A stretch of 64,000 nt of DNA from Octopus sinensis (taxonomy: Eukaryota): contig NC_042998.1 of assembly GCF_006345805.1 (NCBI RefSeq), forward strand, positions 123,628,001 through 123,692,000, in the 5' to 3' direction. A program made the translations under genes and the position numbers. This document shows positions 51,211 to 64,000 of this stretch, one piece after another; positions within the stretch are counted from its first letter, which is position 1, and every line of letters starts with the position of its first letter. Below the pieces are notes generated by a model. It saw only the letters and a list, made by a program, of their open reading frames with translations. It made no database searches and was not told where the DNA came from.

Positions 51211-52164
51211 GTTTGCTTGATACATAGAAAAATATCAGTAGTTTGTTACTCTTATGTTAAGTATATTTTTTAAGTCGATGTAAAACGGCGAATTAGCCGT
51301 ATTCATATCATTACTAAGGCTCGTGTGATCGCCAAACCCTCCAAACTAATCTCCCTGGAAAACATACTTAAAGCAGTAAAAAAAAAATACAGAACGTACA
51401 GGAAAAAGAACATCCATGATTTTGAGAAGACAAGCTAGAAATGGCTCATCAACATAAGTTTGGGGTGGGGAAGGTACTAGATTTGCTGCCATCGAGATCA
51501 ATGCTTAGTATTCTGGCTGCTTCCGACTTGTATCAACGTTCATGACAAGCATGATATAAGCATGGATAGATTGTGATGTATAAATACAAATTTGCAAAAC
51601 ATGCATGAAAATTTTCAGTACATCAAAGATGTACATGAAAGACAATTTTGAAGAAGTCTTTGTGTACCGCAACAATAGGAAATTTAACTTGATGGAAATC
51701 ACGGAATATTCTTAACTGTACAACTTCAACTGCATGTAGTCAAATAATACGTTATCTAAATTTCAATAAACGAGTCAACGAGTCAGCAAATACATAAATT
51801 TGATATATGCGAAGTGACATGTTATAGCGGTATGCATATTGATATAGAATTTATGTATGCAATGTTTAGATTTCGTTTGGGAAGAATTTACCATAAATAG
51901 TCCTGCAAAAGATCAAAATTTAATAACTTTCAGTTGGAAACTTAACGATTAGGTAAGTATCTGTGCATATAAAAGATTTCACCAATTATGTATGTATGCG
52001 TACATAATCGATAAATTTGTATGAATAACGCCTGAATATCGATCAGGTCATATACTTACAAACATACACACGTGCACAGACACACACACAAGCGCGCACA
52101 CACACACACTCATGTATAAAACTATGCTATATATAACTGCATATATATATACACACAAATTCAT

Positions 52165-52459
52165 AGAGAACGCGCATGGATGATTGATTAGAGCGTCGGG
52201 TTCACAATCATGAGGTAGGGAGTTCGATTCTCGGATCGGACTGTATATTGTGTTTTTGAGCAAGACTCTTTATTTCACGTTGCTCCTATTCACTCATCTG
52301 TAGAAATGAGTAGGACAACATTGGTGGCATGGAGAGGGGATATTGGTGTGCATGGGCGACTGCTGGTCTTCCATAAACAACCATGTCCGGCATCGTGCCT
52401 CGGAAGGGAACTTTCTAGGCGAAGACCCATGGTCATTCATGTCCGAAGAGGGTTGTTTT
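52165..52459 (+). mobile_element. SINE family C (tRNA head, CORE-like domain)
   Basis: B-box GAGTTCGATTCTC (52220-52232), then TTGAGCAAGAC...TTCACTCATCTGTAGAAATGAG, resembling the MIR/CORE motif TTCCTCATCTGTAAAATG. Confidence 0.75.
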
Positions 52460-52475
52460 GATATATATATATATA

Positions 52476-52740
52476 TTACGGAGTAGTACTTGCATAGCAA
52501 GTGACCTGATCTGGGATCGTGTGCTGGAACGAACACAATTGCAGTGTGGAAGGTGTTTATAAGCCATTCAAGAAACATACAAATACCGTTAGATTCACTT
52601 CAACATTTAAATTTAATTTGTCAAAATATTTTCGTCGCTTTGAGACCGCGACCTATTCACTGACAAAATTCCGTGCTGCATCATCTGATAAATAGTATCC
52701 ACATGCCAAATACGCGACTTGTCACTTCGAATGTTTATTG
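52476..52740 (-). mobile_element. Short PLE-like pLTR remnant carrying a variant hammerhead
   Basis: Lies between (TA)n and (TATG)n; HHR-like fold at 52617-52667 on the minus strand. Confidence 0.55.
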
Positions 52741-52837
52741 TATGTATGTATGTATGTATGTATGTATGTATGTATGTATGTATGTATGTATGTATGTATG
52801 TATGTATGTATGTATGTATGTATGTATGTATGTATGT

Positions 52838-53391
52838 CAGGTCACTTTCGAGTGCTATTGGTGACATGTAACCCAGTACAACCTGTTGCATGGTCGGGTC
52901 GTCGGCGACTAAACCGTCAACCCCACCAAGCTTGCTTGGTGAGGAGGGTGTTTATTGGACACCCTGCGGGATGAAAAACAAAACTCGTCAAAGGGCGGAG
53001 GAACTCTTGAGTGTCAACGGCCATCCAATAAATGTCTTAAGGCTGTATCATGCGCAAGGACATAGAAATAATCGGACTTAATACCCGATCGCGCGGTTAA
53101 ACCATTGGGAGTGAAGGACTCCTAGCCTTTGTTCGGGCATCCTTCTAGGAGAAGGTAACTCAGGTAACTGGGATAACTCCAATATAAAACCAGCAGCTCA
53201 GTGGTTACCGATGATGTTGACTTGTTCTTCTTTTAGGATTATGGCTGCTGTTGCTTAGTGAGTGGGATTGACTCGGTGCACAGCCTTTCCTCACTTTAAA
53301 AAAATTTCTTTTTGCACAGGCATTGCACGATAACAACATTGATTAAGCTTCAGGCAATGGCCATACTTGATAGCGAGGGGCAGCCACCATC
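52838..53391 (+). mobile_element. Non-coding RTE-like retroelement derivative between (TATG)n tracts
   Basis: GGGCATCCTTCTAGGAGAAGGTAACTC (53135-53161) resembles a motif of RTE-clade 5'UTRs; several hairpins; (TATG)n tail; no RT ORF. Confidence 0.6.
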
Positions 53392-53403
53392 TATGTATGT
53401 ATG

Positions 53404-53435
<32 letters not shown>

Positions 53436-53663
53436 TGTATGTATGTATGCATGTATGTATGTATGTATGCATGTATGCATGTATGCATGTATGCATGTAT
53501 GTGTGCATGTATGCATGTATGTATGTTTATATGTATGTATGTATGTATTTATGTATGTATGCATGCATGTATGTATGTATGTATGCATGCATGTATGTAT
53601 GTATGTTTATATGTATGTATGTATGTATTTATGTATGTATGCATGCATGTATGTATGTATGTT

Positions 53664-53695
<32 letters not shown>

Positions 53696-53752
53696 TGTAT
53701 GTATGTATGTATGTGTGTATGTATGTATTTATGTATGTATGTATGTATGTAC
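53392..53752. repeat. (TATG)n/(CATG)n microsatellite
   Basis: Directly visible; a pure (TATG)n also lies at 52741-52837. Confidence 0.95.
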
Positions 53753-54021
53753 GTATAAAAATCGTTTTTGTATTTGATTTGCAAGATTCTTGAAGTGAAT
53801 TCATGTATTGAAAGATACCTTGTTGCATCATAAGAGGTGTCATTACATCAATAATAATAACTTACGCACCAGATCAATATCATTTCTCTTTTGTTAATCG
53901 GTTGGTAACAAATCTAACCAACTAAATAACCGGTCGTTTGTTTAATGTGCTGGTTAAATAATTAATAAATTATTTGTTAGTCAAATTTCTTTCATTGCTG
54001 TTCGCGACGTTGTTAGTGATT

Positions 54022-54066
<45 letters not shown>

Positions 54067-55083
54067 ATCTCTCTTACTCTCTCTCTCTCTCTTCAGATCT
54101 GTCAACGAATTGTCCTTATGCTTGTGTACACGTATGCTTATGTATTTGGGTATGTAGATGTGTGTTTGCTTGGAACTAGAGGTAAGGGTGAGAGCAAAAC
54201 GAATAATTTGTATGCGTGAGTGTATGTATGTGTGCGTGCGGAAGCACGTCTGTGTGTTTGTATGTGTACATCCGCCTGGCAGCATGTATGTGTGTTTGTG
54301 AGCTTGTAGGTGAGTGTGCACTAGCCACCCGTCATCTCTTCAAGGCTTAGCTCTTTTGTTCAAGGTCAGTTCGGTCTCAGATGTGTTGGAATTTACTCGT
54401 CATCCTGGAAAGATTTATGGGTTCCGTGTGGAGTTCTGTACGTTGGGAGGGGAGAGAGGGGGGATAATATAGTATGTGTGTTTGCGGGCATCCGCATGGG
54501 CGATGCGTGTGTTTGCGGGCATCCGCATGGGTGATGTGTATGTGTGCGTAGGTGGGTGTACGCGAATGTATGGTCTCGTGTACGTGTTCGTATGGTTGAA
54601 ATGGTTCTGTGGTGAACGTGTGTTTACTCATGTGAGCATGCGTATGTGCGTACGTATCTGCGCGTGCGTGCAATGTGGCGGTTTTTTTAATAGGTAAGCG
54701 TCTACGTGTGTTCTTGCGTATGGGGCGTTGTTGTGTGTGTATGTGTTCGTAAGTACGTGCGCGAGCGCTTGTGTGGGCGTTTACCTGTACATGTCTGTGT
54801 GAGTGTGTACCTGTGTATGCATTGTGTGTATGTGTGTAGATATGTATGTTTGGTTGTGTGTTCTTGCTTTCCGTGCGTGCTTGTTTACGTGTGCGTATGT
54901 GTGTGTGAATGCGAGTGTATTGGAATTGTTTATAGCTCTATGTATTTATTTGCATGGACTTCCTTGAAAACCTGTCGTCATTCCACTTCTACCATATCTG
55001 TACCTGTGTATACCTATGTGCGTGCACGTGCACGCGTGAGTAGCTTTGCATGGATGTGTATTGGGATAGAATATATTTACTTG

Positions 55084-55345
55084 AGGTGACGTCGCCTGGC
55101 TTAGTATTCAGGGTGTTGGATTCGATCGCAAGGTTTTGGTTTCGATTCCTGGATCGGATGTGTTCTTAGATCTAATTGTATTCTTGAGAAAAAAATAACT
55201 TAATTTCACATTGCTCCAGTCCACTAAGCTACTAAAAATTAGTAATCTAACGATGAATAGATATCCTGTCCAGGTGGGGGAATTCATATGCCATTGAAAC
55301 CGGCCTTATGTGCCTATGACTCGGGAAGAAACTTCACTACTTTTA
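55084..55345 (+). mobile_element. SINE family C, diverged copy
   Basis: TGGCTTAGT A-box-like, GGTTTCGATTCC B-box, and TTTCACATTGCTCCAGTCCACT shared with the 52165 copy. Confidence 0.65.
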
Positions 55346-55519
55346 TTACATGTATTAATCTGTATAGTATTTGATGCAATTTGATATTGTTCTACTCCTA
55401 CCCTTTACATACCTGCCTATAACACCACATTCAAGCCCTCTCACATACACAGACGCAGCTATGTATGCGTACTGCGTGGCTGTGTTTCCGTAGGAGCTCA
55501 ATGCCAACACGCAGGACAT

Positions 55520-57640
55520 TGTGGTCTTCGCGTTTCAGCATTAAGTTAATGTATTTATTTTTGAGGCTGTTATTAGGAAAGTGCTGCCTGAGAGAGACAA
55601 CACGACGTTCAAAGTTTGTCTACACTGATCACAAACCTCTGCCTCCTTTATCACTTCTTAGGTAGAGGCTGTCGATATCACTATTCATGTGGAGATTTGC
55701 AGCTGAAGTCACTATCTTGCGGGTCTTAACGTCTATGGAATGAAATTCTTCTACGGTCCAGTCGAGTATCCCAAATGTCGGAATCAGCACTGATACTACA
55801 AATGCATTGTGGGATCCGACTGCCATATTTTTCTAAGTCGGCCATAATATTCTCGGTTGACTCTATCTTTTTTCACAGTATCTTCGTATGAAACGTTTAC
55901 ATAAATGCTCAAGTAATTTTAGCATTGTCTGTGTGGGACAGGGGAGAAATCGAGACTATTGGTGCACGGGTTTTGTATCAGGGGCGCTGATTTCCTCTAT
56001 TCAACAATTAAATATGAATATTTCCTTTGACCAAATTCTGCTCCTGTATCAGCTAAAGATGTTATTAATTCCAGCTGTTACGTTTTTCCTTCGTTTTGTT
56101 TTTTGGCATTGTTAACATTTTCCGCTTCAATTTTGGAGTCATCCACAAAGATATTATGGGCTACATTAATATTTGTAGCAGTTGCAGAATCTAGCATTAG
56201 ACATTTGATTTTTGTAGCAGGAATGTAAAAGAATTTAATATCAAAATGAATAGAATTATATACTCGTTTAAACTGGAGACGATCATTCTGCTCTCAGTTC
56301 TAAGTGTAAGAATTGTTGTCCTGGTTATTCTGAGCCTCTCTCTCTCTCTCAATGGCTGTAATTAAGAAAGCAGGCACTTTTGCCAAATGGAGATATTCAG
56401 TAACCAAGAGTGTTCGGTACATCTTCCCTTCTTTCTGTAGTCCTGCTCATCAGTCAATATGTTGTTGATCTCTCAATGATCCTGGAGGAATTGGTTGAGG
56501 CAGCCTGAGTGCAGTTTGTACATAATATTTAGCAAGCAATGGACCTAGAGTTTTCAGCCAACTCGGTTATTTCAGTCTTGGCCACAATAATTGTCTGTGT
56601 TATAGCAAACCAATTTGGTAGGTCAATCTGACTTACCATATTGTTTCAGAATATACATATTTATATTTCCATTAAAGTGTCAGCCTCTTATATCTGTGCC
56701 CAAATATTAGGTCCTTTCCTGGAACCTTCCCATTATACAGTTTACCTACAGGTATGGTGAAAGTTTCCAGGTCAGTTACATATATTTTACTGTTGCTATT
56801 GATAGAATATTCTCTCCTTAATGCTTTTAACCACGATGCATTGCAGTTGAGATCCCTCTTTTTTGCTCCCATCTTTCAAGCAGAATGACTCAAGATCTTG
56901 AGAGGAGTGGGTTTCTTAATGGTAATATTATCATTTCTCATCTCTCTGCATAATGTCTGTGGATTATAAGCAAACTTATGATTTACACAGGCTCGTTCCA
57001 AAATTCGCCTGCGGTAGCGAAGATTTTAGCTCAGCACCCTGGGTTCGTGCTTTAGAATAATTAACCTTCCCCCAAGAGTTTGGTGTGAAGTCACCATAGA
57101 GCTGTTAGAATTTTTTCTTCATCTTTTTAAGAATGGTCTGTTACTTAACGGCAATTTCGAAAAACTAGAAACGTTTTCTACGAACTGTGGTTTCGAGATG
57201 TTTCTAAGTTGAATATATTCCATAGTTGTCTCTCTTGTCTCAACTACATTTGGAGAGACACGAGAATTTAGTGATGGCGGCAGTGGCTTATTTACATTAT
57301 TTCTGATCTGTCTTCTGCTAGGTTTGGGGTATTTCTCAGCATTTTGAGAAGATCGATTTACATCACAAGAGCAAGCTATGTTCTTTTTTAAAAAGATACT
57401 TGTTACCGAAGGTGTTTCGGAACAAAAGTGCTTGAGTTGGGGTGAGATTCGTCCCAGTATTTTTTTAACCGCTTCATATATCCAAAAAGTGGGTCTTCAC
57501 GGACTTTTGCATAGTATTGAACAAGATCTTAGCTAAGAGTCCAAGTTAAATGGGAGTTGTACTTACGTTTCCTCAGCTATCTTACTGGGTTTGTAGTGCT
57601 GTTTTCGTTGATGGTGTTGTTTTGAATTTCAACCATGATC
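55520..57640 (-). mobile_element. Decayed R4/Dong-like LINE (RT region)
   Basis: Minus-strand remnants NASWLK..., GKVPGKDLIFGHRYK, LPNWFAITQTIIVAK...ENSRSIAC.NIMYKL (cf. NYRPIACL), FGILDWT..E...IDVKTRK and LYLRSDKGGRGL. Confidence 0.82.
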
Positions 57641-59265
57641 GTATGAGCGAAATTCCAGTCTGAATAACGCTACGTTGGTAAGTAAAAGGTGTTTATTTAT
57701 AATGGAAGAAATAAAGCAGTTGTTGATTTAGGCTGGAGGAGTTGGCATAAATGTAGAAGAAAGCGTTAAAAAAATGTAAACGGTCCTCTAGGCCTTCACG
57801 TCTGATGTGGACGGGGCCATCTAGTATGTACGTAAGTATGTATGTATGTATGTATGTATGTATGTATGTATGTATGTACGTATGTTTGTATGTATGTTTG
57901 TATGTTTGTTTGTATCTATGTATGTATGTGTGTATGTATGTATGTATCTATGTCTGTATTTATACACGGACATTCAAGTACACATACACACATATTCACA
58001 CACGCGCGTAATAGGTAATTACAAGCGTGGGTTGATCTCAAATTATCATACTAGAGCATATGTATTCCTTAATGTAATGTATATAATGATGTACATAAAA
58101 GGAAAATATGCAACCTCCCTTTTGAAATGTGCTGATATAATCCACAGAAAGTAACTTCCATATATATACTGCATTACTATTATCACAGGTTATATATTGT
58201 GTAGAGATTCCTCATTATAACTGGATTGAATCTAAGTAAATTATATCTGCCTATAAGAACTTTCAAGAACTAATAGTCTATTCATTAAATATTTAATACT
58301 AGACATATTTCCTAAAGCCTGGCAACAGTCATAATGACATAGAAATAAATATAGGCAGCACTTTCTTTTTGTTTTATGTTTAGATTTGAACAAAAACGAT
58401 ACAGGTTATCGACCGCCAATATAACATCAAAGCATGTTCAAGAGTAGGGCTTAAATCTGCAGTTACTTGGTTAAATTTGCGGAAGATGGGAAGTATACCT
58501 TCAAAATCGGAAACAGAATGGTTAGTATTGGATAGAATCACTGAATATTAAAAAAAATTACTCATTATACTTAAAACATCAAAGTCAGGAAGGCAACATA
58601 TATATAGTGATAAATTGAATATTTCGCTATAACTAATGCACACCTGTCTGCACTTTCTTCTGAACTTCATATTGTATGTGTTTAATGATGTATTTGCAAC
58701 ATCGTCATCTGCTCCGATACACAACCACTGTGTACAATACAGTTTGCTAATCTTATTTTATAGTTGTGTGAAACGTAGGTCTATTATACTATATAACGTA
58801 ATTTTCAACGTTTGAAGTCTGAGACTAGTGCAGGATCTGTGTTTGAATATAGTTTAAAATTTATGTCATAAATTTAAACAAACAAACGAAATCAAACGCA
58901 GATAATCTAAAGTTTAAGTCAATGAAATTTTCACTACAATTATTTATCGGAAAGTGCGTTAAAGGCAACAAATATCAACATAAAACACAACAAAGTGAAA
59001 GAACGTGGCTCTAACGACTGGGAACAGCAACAATTATCGCAAGACATTGTAGCATAAAGCAAATCAGTAAATATTTGTACCTGAGGCCATAAGCTATTGT
59101 AAGCACATTAGAAACACTATATTAAATGTAACCACGTCAACCACGTATGAGTATTGTTTTGAAGAGGAAACCAATTTAGACATTTGTTTTATTATTTTCT
59201 CCATTTAACAATCAATGGCGAAATTATTAGAATGTAGCAATTGTTGATTTGCAACAAAACACATG

Positions 59266-59317
<52 letters not shown>

Positions 59318-62300
59318 GTGTGTGTGTAAGTATATGTGCATATATGTATATATACACATATGTGTATGTAAGTAAATGTGCATATATATATATATATATA
59401 TATTGAGGGAGTTCTTAGATATTTTCGACTAGATGCCTTTACACGTTTGTAAGTGTGTATGTATGAACATATAACGGAATAGTGAGAAGAAATGAAATAT
59501 ATTAGTTGAACATTTTGAGAGAATTGAATCTTACCAGATGAAACGAAACAAAAGATGTTATGAAAATACAAATAAAGGAATAACAAATTGAAGTGTCTGT
59601 GATGTAGCAACAATGCCCATTCTTGTGAAAACTATTATAAGTATTTTAATACAGATTTACATCTAGCATTAGAGATAACGTTGTATCACCGACAAAGCTC
59701 AGTTTATATAATCGAAAGCAACTACTTGGAATATATGAACATACTTGTAGATGAAGGGGATATGGCTAAAACTCCCATTTGAAATTTTGAGGGTGTTGCT
59801 TAACATTGTTTTGTTATATTTTAATTATGAGCATTAAAACAATGCGAATGAAACCAGAGCAGCGAACCTGCTATTGTAAGTTAATTTCTGTATAAGGTAT
59901 GAACCGAAAGTAAATTATTAGAAATATGTACGTCTTTTCTAAATATAAGTGTAATTTAGAAGATAAAAGAAAAATTGTTAACACTAAAGTTCCTTATAGT
60001 CATGTTTGGCATGTTTTAGTGAAAGGGAGAAAATTTAGTTGCAGCCGTTTCAAGATATAAAATTTCCTTTTTGATGACACGTAATATCGTATCCCTTGCA
60101 AGGAAAAATGGTTTCATCGACTATTAACTTTACTCGCAATCTTAATGATATTGTTATATTTGGAGGCAAAAGCATGGGTATTTACTATTAGATTATCTAA
60201 GAATTCTTGTCAAACCTGATTTTCATAATTTTATTTAAAGTTCCCTCGTGATATTTTCTAAACGGTATCTCATTAGCAATTTATATTTCGTCAACTGAAC
60301 CCCCAGCATTATTTTTAGGGGATAAGTTTATGAAAAACAAGTCACTCTATATCAGGTTGATATCATCAACTACATAATAGCTTTGAATATTTCAAACTTT
60401 ATGTATTAGTAAATGACAGAAACTGTGAAATTGGAATGTAAACAATATTACAAAATTATATTATTCGTTTTCCAATATCATCAGACATTGCTGTAATATT
60501 TTATAATTTATTACCCAGTAGACAAATCGACACAAAATTAGGCTGCACCAATTATTGTCAGATATCTGTCTAATATATGCATGATCTCTTGAGATATTAA
60601 TGTCAAATGAGATGACACACTGTTTTCGAGGAATTTAATGACTTACACTCATTTCGGACCGTACTATGGAAATTCAACCACACTCGAACGTATAGGGTTG
60701 ACTTACCGTTTCAGAGCTTCCTGTCATTATTGGTTTATATTTGCATAGACACTTTCTCAAAGTGTAGGTAAGAAATATTTCTTTGTTTTATTGAATTGGC
60801 TTTATGTTCCACAGAGAACTTGAATTAATAGCGTTTATTCGGTAGCTCAAATTGTAAAGTACCGAAGTTAATAAATGGTTGAACATTCAGATATAGCAAC
60901 GCAAAAAATGTTGGCAAAATTATTAAGTTGTTCAAATCAACAATTTCTAACTCTTGGCTATTTCAAGAGTAAATAAAGCAAAAAAATCATAACAATAATG
61001 AAATACCTTACTTCTTTTGTGGTATGATAGAATATATGGCAGGCAATATATTTATTATCATTTAAAATGTTGTAATCTAAACAGACATATGCGATTTGGT
61101 ACACGAACGAAACATATTCACCGTTAATAATTATCATTATAGAATAGTATTTGTTACTTTGGCAAAGATTTAAGAACGGTTCTTGGCAGGAAATTCACAT
61201 ATTGATTGAAATAATTGCTATTAATACCGTTGGAAGTAAATGATATATAAATATACGAAATAGCAAAAGAAAAAGGCCAGCCTATAATTTCCAAATATTT
61301 TTTTCCAGCGTGATTTAATGTATTTAGGAAACTAGTTCCAACATTGTGCAAAACATTTGTTAAGAAAAAAAAACATCGACGACTCTCTGATCAATTTAAT
61401 GTATAAATAATATTAGTTGTTTAAGAAAAGAATAAGAAACATAGATATTAATATTGAAAATATTTCAGTTTTTCATGTATGTTTCTATCTGCTTTTCACG
61501 TTATTAAAGATGAAAGAAAAATTTAAGGAATACATATGTACACACACAGACACACACATATATATATGTATGTATATATATACATACATAGAGATATGTC
61601 ATATATATATATATATATAAATATATATATAATGTATGCATGTATATATCGGCATATTCTTATGTATAAACTTATAATCATCGGAATTCACAGTTCTTAA
61701 TTACCTCGGATCATTAAAGTGAAAGTTGCAATATTACACGTATGAGTACAGTTCTTTATACGTTTTCCTTCGTTAATGGCTTATGTAAAGAATGAAGAAG
61801 CAAGAAAATGTGGGTAGGAAGAGGAGATATAATAAAGGCTGGTGCGAATATGGTTCTATTTTATGCTGTTGGGTATCTTACCACATCATTTAATAGAAAT
61901 AAAATTATTATGTTGAATATAGGAAAGAAACAAAAACGATAAAACTGTATGCGTATGATGTCTTTTGCGCAATATAATAAATACAGCTATCCGTAAGCAG
62001 AATGAAATACAGAAATACGCAGAGAAAAGTGAGTAACCGAAGAGATGGAAAAAGACGTATAAAGTTAGAAGCAGAGAAAAAGTAGAAAAGGTGTGAAAGA
62101 GGCTTGAAGATTAAGAAAGAGCAGAAAATGAAAAGTAGAGAAAATCAAACAGAAGCCCATAAATTGATTCACAGACAAAAGAAAACTAAAGATTTGCGAG
62201 GGAAGAAAATAAGTGCCTGTGAAAGAAAGGAAATAAAGAAAGAATCGAAGTAATGCACACACAACACATACAACACACACACAAACACGAACACACACAC

Positions 62301-62574
62301 GTACACACCTGCGAAGAAAATGTTATAGGAAAGCAAAAGTAGATATGTGTGTTGCCGCATGTACGAATGTACCTGTGTCTATGGACACTCGTTTATATGC
62401 ATGTTCATGTGCCTATATCTATGTGTGTATGAGTGTCTGCGTGTGTGGATTTATGTTTTGTATATATAAAATTAGATTCAGATGAATATATAATATATTG
62501 AGATAGATAGAAAAATAGAGATAGAAATATACACATAAATACGAATACGTGCATACATTCATGCATACATATGC

Positions 62575-62742
<168 letters not shown>

Positions 62743-63090
62743 CATACAAAAGTATAATATATGTGCGCAAGTATGTGTGTGAGACAGAGAGAGAAAACAT
62801 GTGAAGTAGGTCTACGTGAATATTTGCAAGTATGAATTAAAATTAAATGTAGTAATAAACAGTAAGGTATATACAAGGAAATCTGAAATTTTTGTCGAAG
62901 TTGGAAATAATATCTCTATCTTGAAATTATATTTTTTTAAAATTATAACTCATTGTCTATGGCTTTGTAAAATTACAATTTCAGTAACAATTAATCAAAA
63001 GTAGTTTTTTTTATGTTGAAATAATTTATAGCGCATATATATATATATTATATATATGTGTGTGTGTGTATGTGTGTGTGTGTGTGTGTG

Positions 63091-63123
<33 letters not shown>

Positions 63124-63243
63124 TGTGTGTGTGTGTGTTTGGAGAAGAGGGAGAGATAAATAAATATGTTATAGATGTGTGGAGTTTACTTATTTTAACA
63201 TTATATTCAAGGTAACAACTTATAAAATTATTAACCATCTCAC

Positions 63244-63734
63244 TAACAAGAATTAAGAGAATACCCTCCATCAAGTATTTGCTATATTCTGAACGCCTTA
63301 CTACCCTAGGCATGGATACATTGAAACTCCGACGTCTGGCGGCTGACTTGGTAGAGACCCATAAAATTATTAACCATCTTACTAGCAATAACTTTGAGCA
63401 CATTTTCAAACTCCACATGTCTAAAACCCATGGACATGTTTACAAAGTCAGAAAACAGCACAGCTCCCATGACTTTCGGAAACATTTTTTCACGCTAAGA
63501 GTTGCTGAAGCATGAAACAAGCAGCCGGCTTCAGTTGTTAGTTGTCGGAGCACTATATCCTTCAAAACTGCCATGCTTCCTGAGATTCGCCAACACTACA
63601 CCTGATTTTCTCCCCTTCATACACACGTGACTCATACACTGTTCACTTCCCAGACATTTGTACATTACTGCATATGTTTTATACGCACTTTTGACAAGTT
63701 GTGGTGCACCTGAGCACCGTATAGAATATTTTCA
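63244..63734 (+). mobile_element. CR1-group LINE 3' end with 3'UTR and (TTA)n tail (63735-63855)
   Basis: TRIKRIPSIKYLLYSERLTTLGMDTLKLRRLAADLVETHKI...THGH..K...RKHFFTLRVAEA*NKQPASVV....SFK matches the CR1 ORF2 C-terminus (YEERL..LG..RR..DL..RGH..FF..RV..WN.LP). Confidence 0.88.
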
Positions 63735-63760
63735 TTATTATTATTATTATTATATTATTA

Positions 63761-63830
<70 letters not shown>

Positions 63831-64000
63831 GTTGTTGTTGTTATTATTATTATTTACGTATATGTTAAAAGTATAACTTGTCATAATTAGTAAATATATT
63901 TATACAGATTGTAGTTGTAACAAAGTATCTTCACAAAATGCCATGAGCTATGGCACGACGATTTTGGAGACGTTAGAGCATTTAGATTTTATGATAATTC

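Noticed and set aside
52165-52240. tRNA gene
   Set aside because: A/B-box-like head continues into a SINE body with no cloverleaf; the same applies to the other SINE heads.

Overview
AT-rich, repeat-dominated animal DNA with no recognisable host protein-coding gene. The microsatellite density, tRNA-derived SINE families and Penelope-like element (PLE) families suggest an Octopus/cephalopod intergenic or intronic region; this is an inference from recalled repeat families, not a database result. Most ORF-track entries are translations of microsatellites. The real coding remnants are transposon fragments: Tc1/mariner, at least five Neptune-like PLEs, one young Naiad-like PLE, R4/Dong-like and CR1-like LINEs. 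There is also a small Helitron, a mariner MITE and three SINE families. The most striking structure is a 5'-truncated Naiad-like PLE (16352-19262). It has near-identical ~870-bp inverted arms, each carrying a minimal hammerhead ribozyme (HHR), plus a short inverted piece of its own ORF at the junction. The window also holds several other intact, variant or decayed HHR motifs at PLE ends inserted in (TA)n, a candidate HDV-like ribozyme at the 5' end of an RTE-like element, a compact pseudoknot/hairpin module, and an array of CRE+CCAAT modules in a PLE 3' region. All coordinates and pairings were read by eye.
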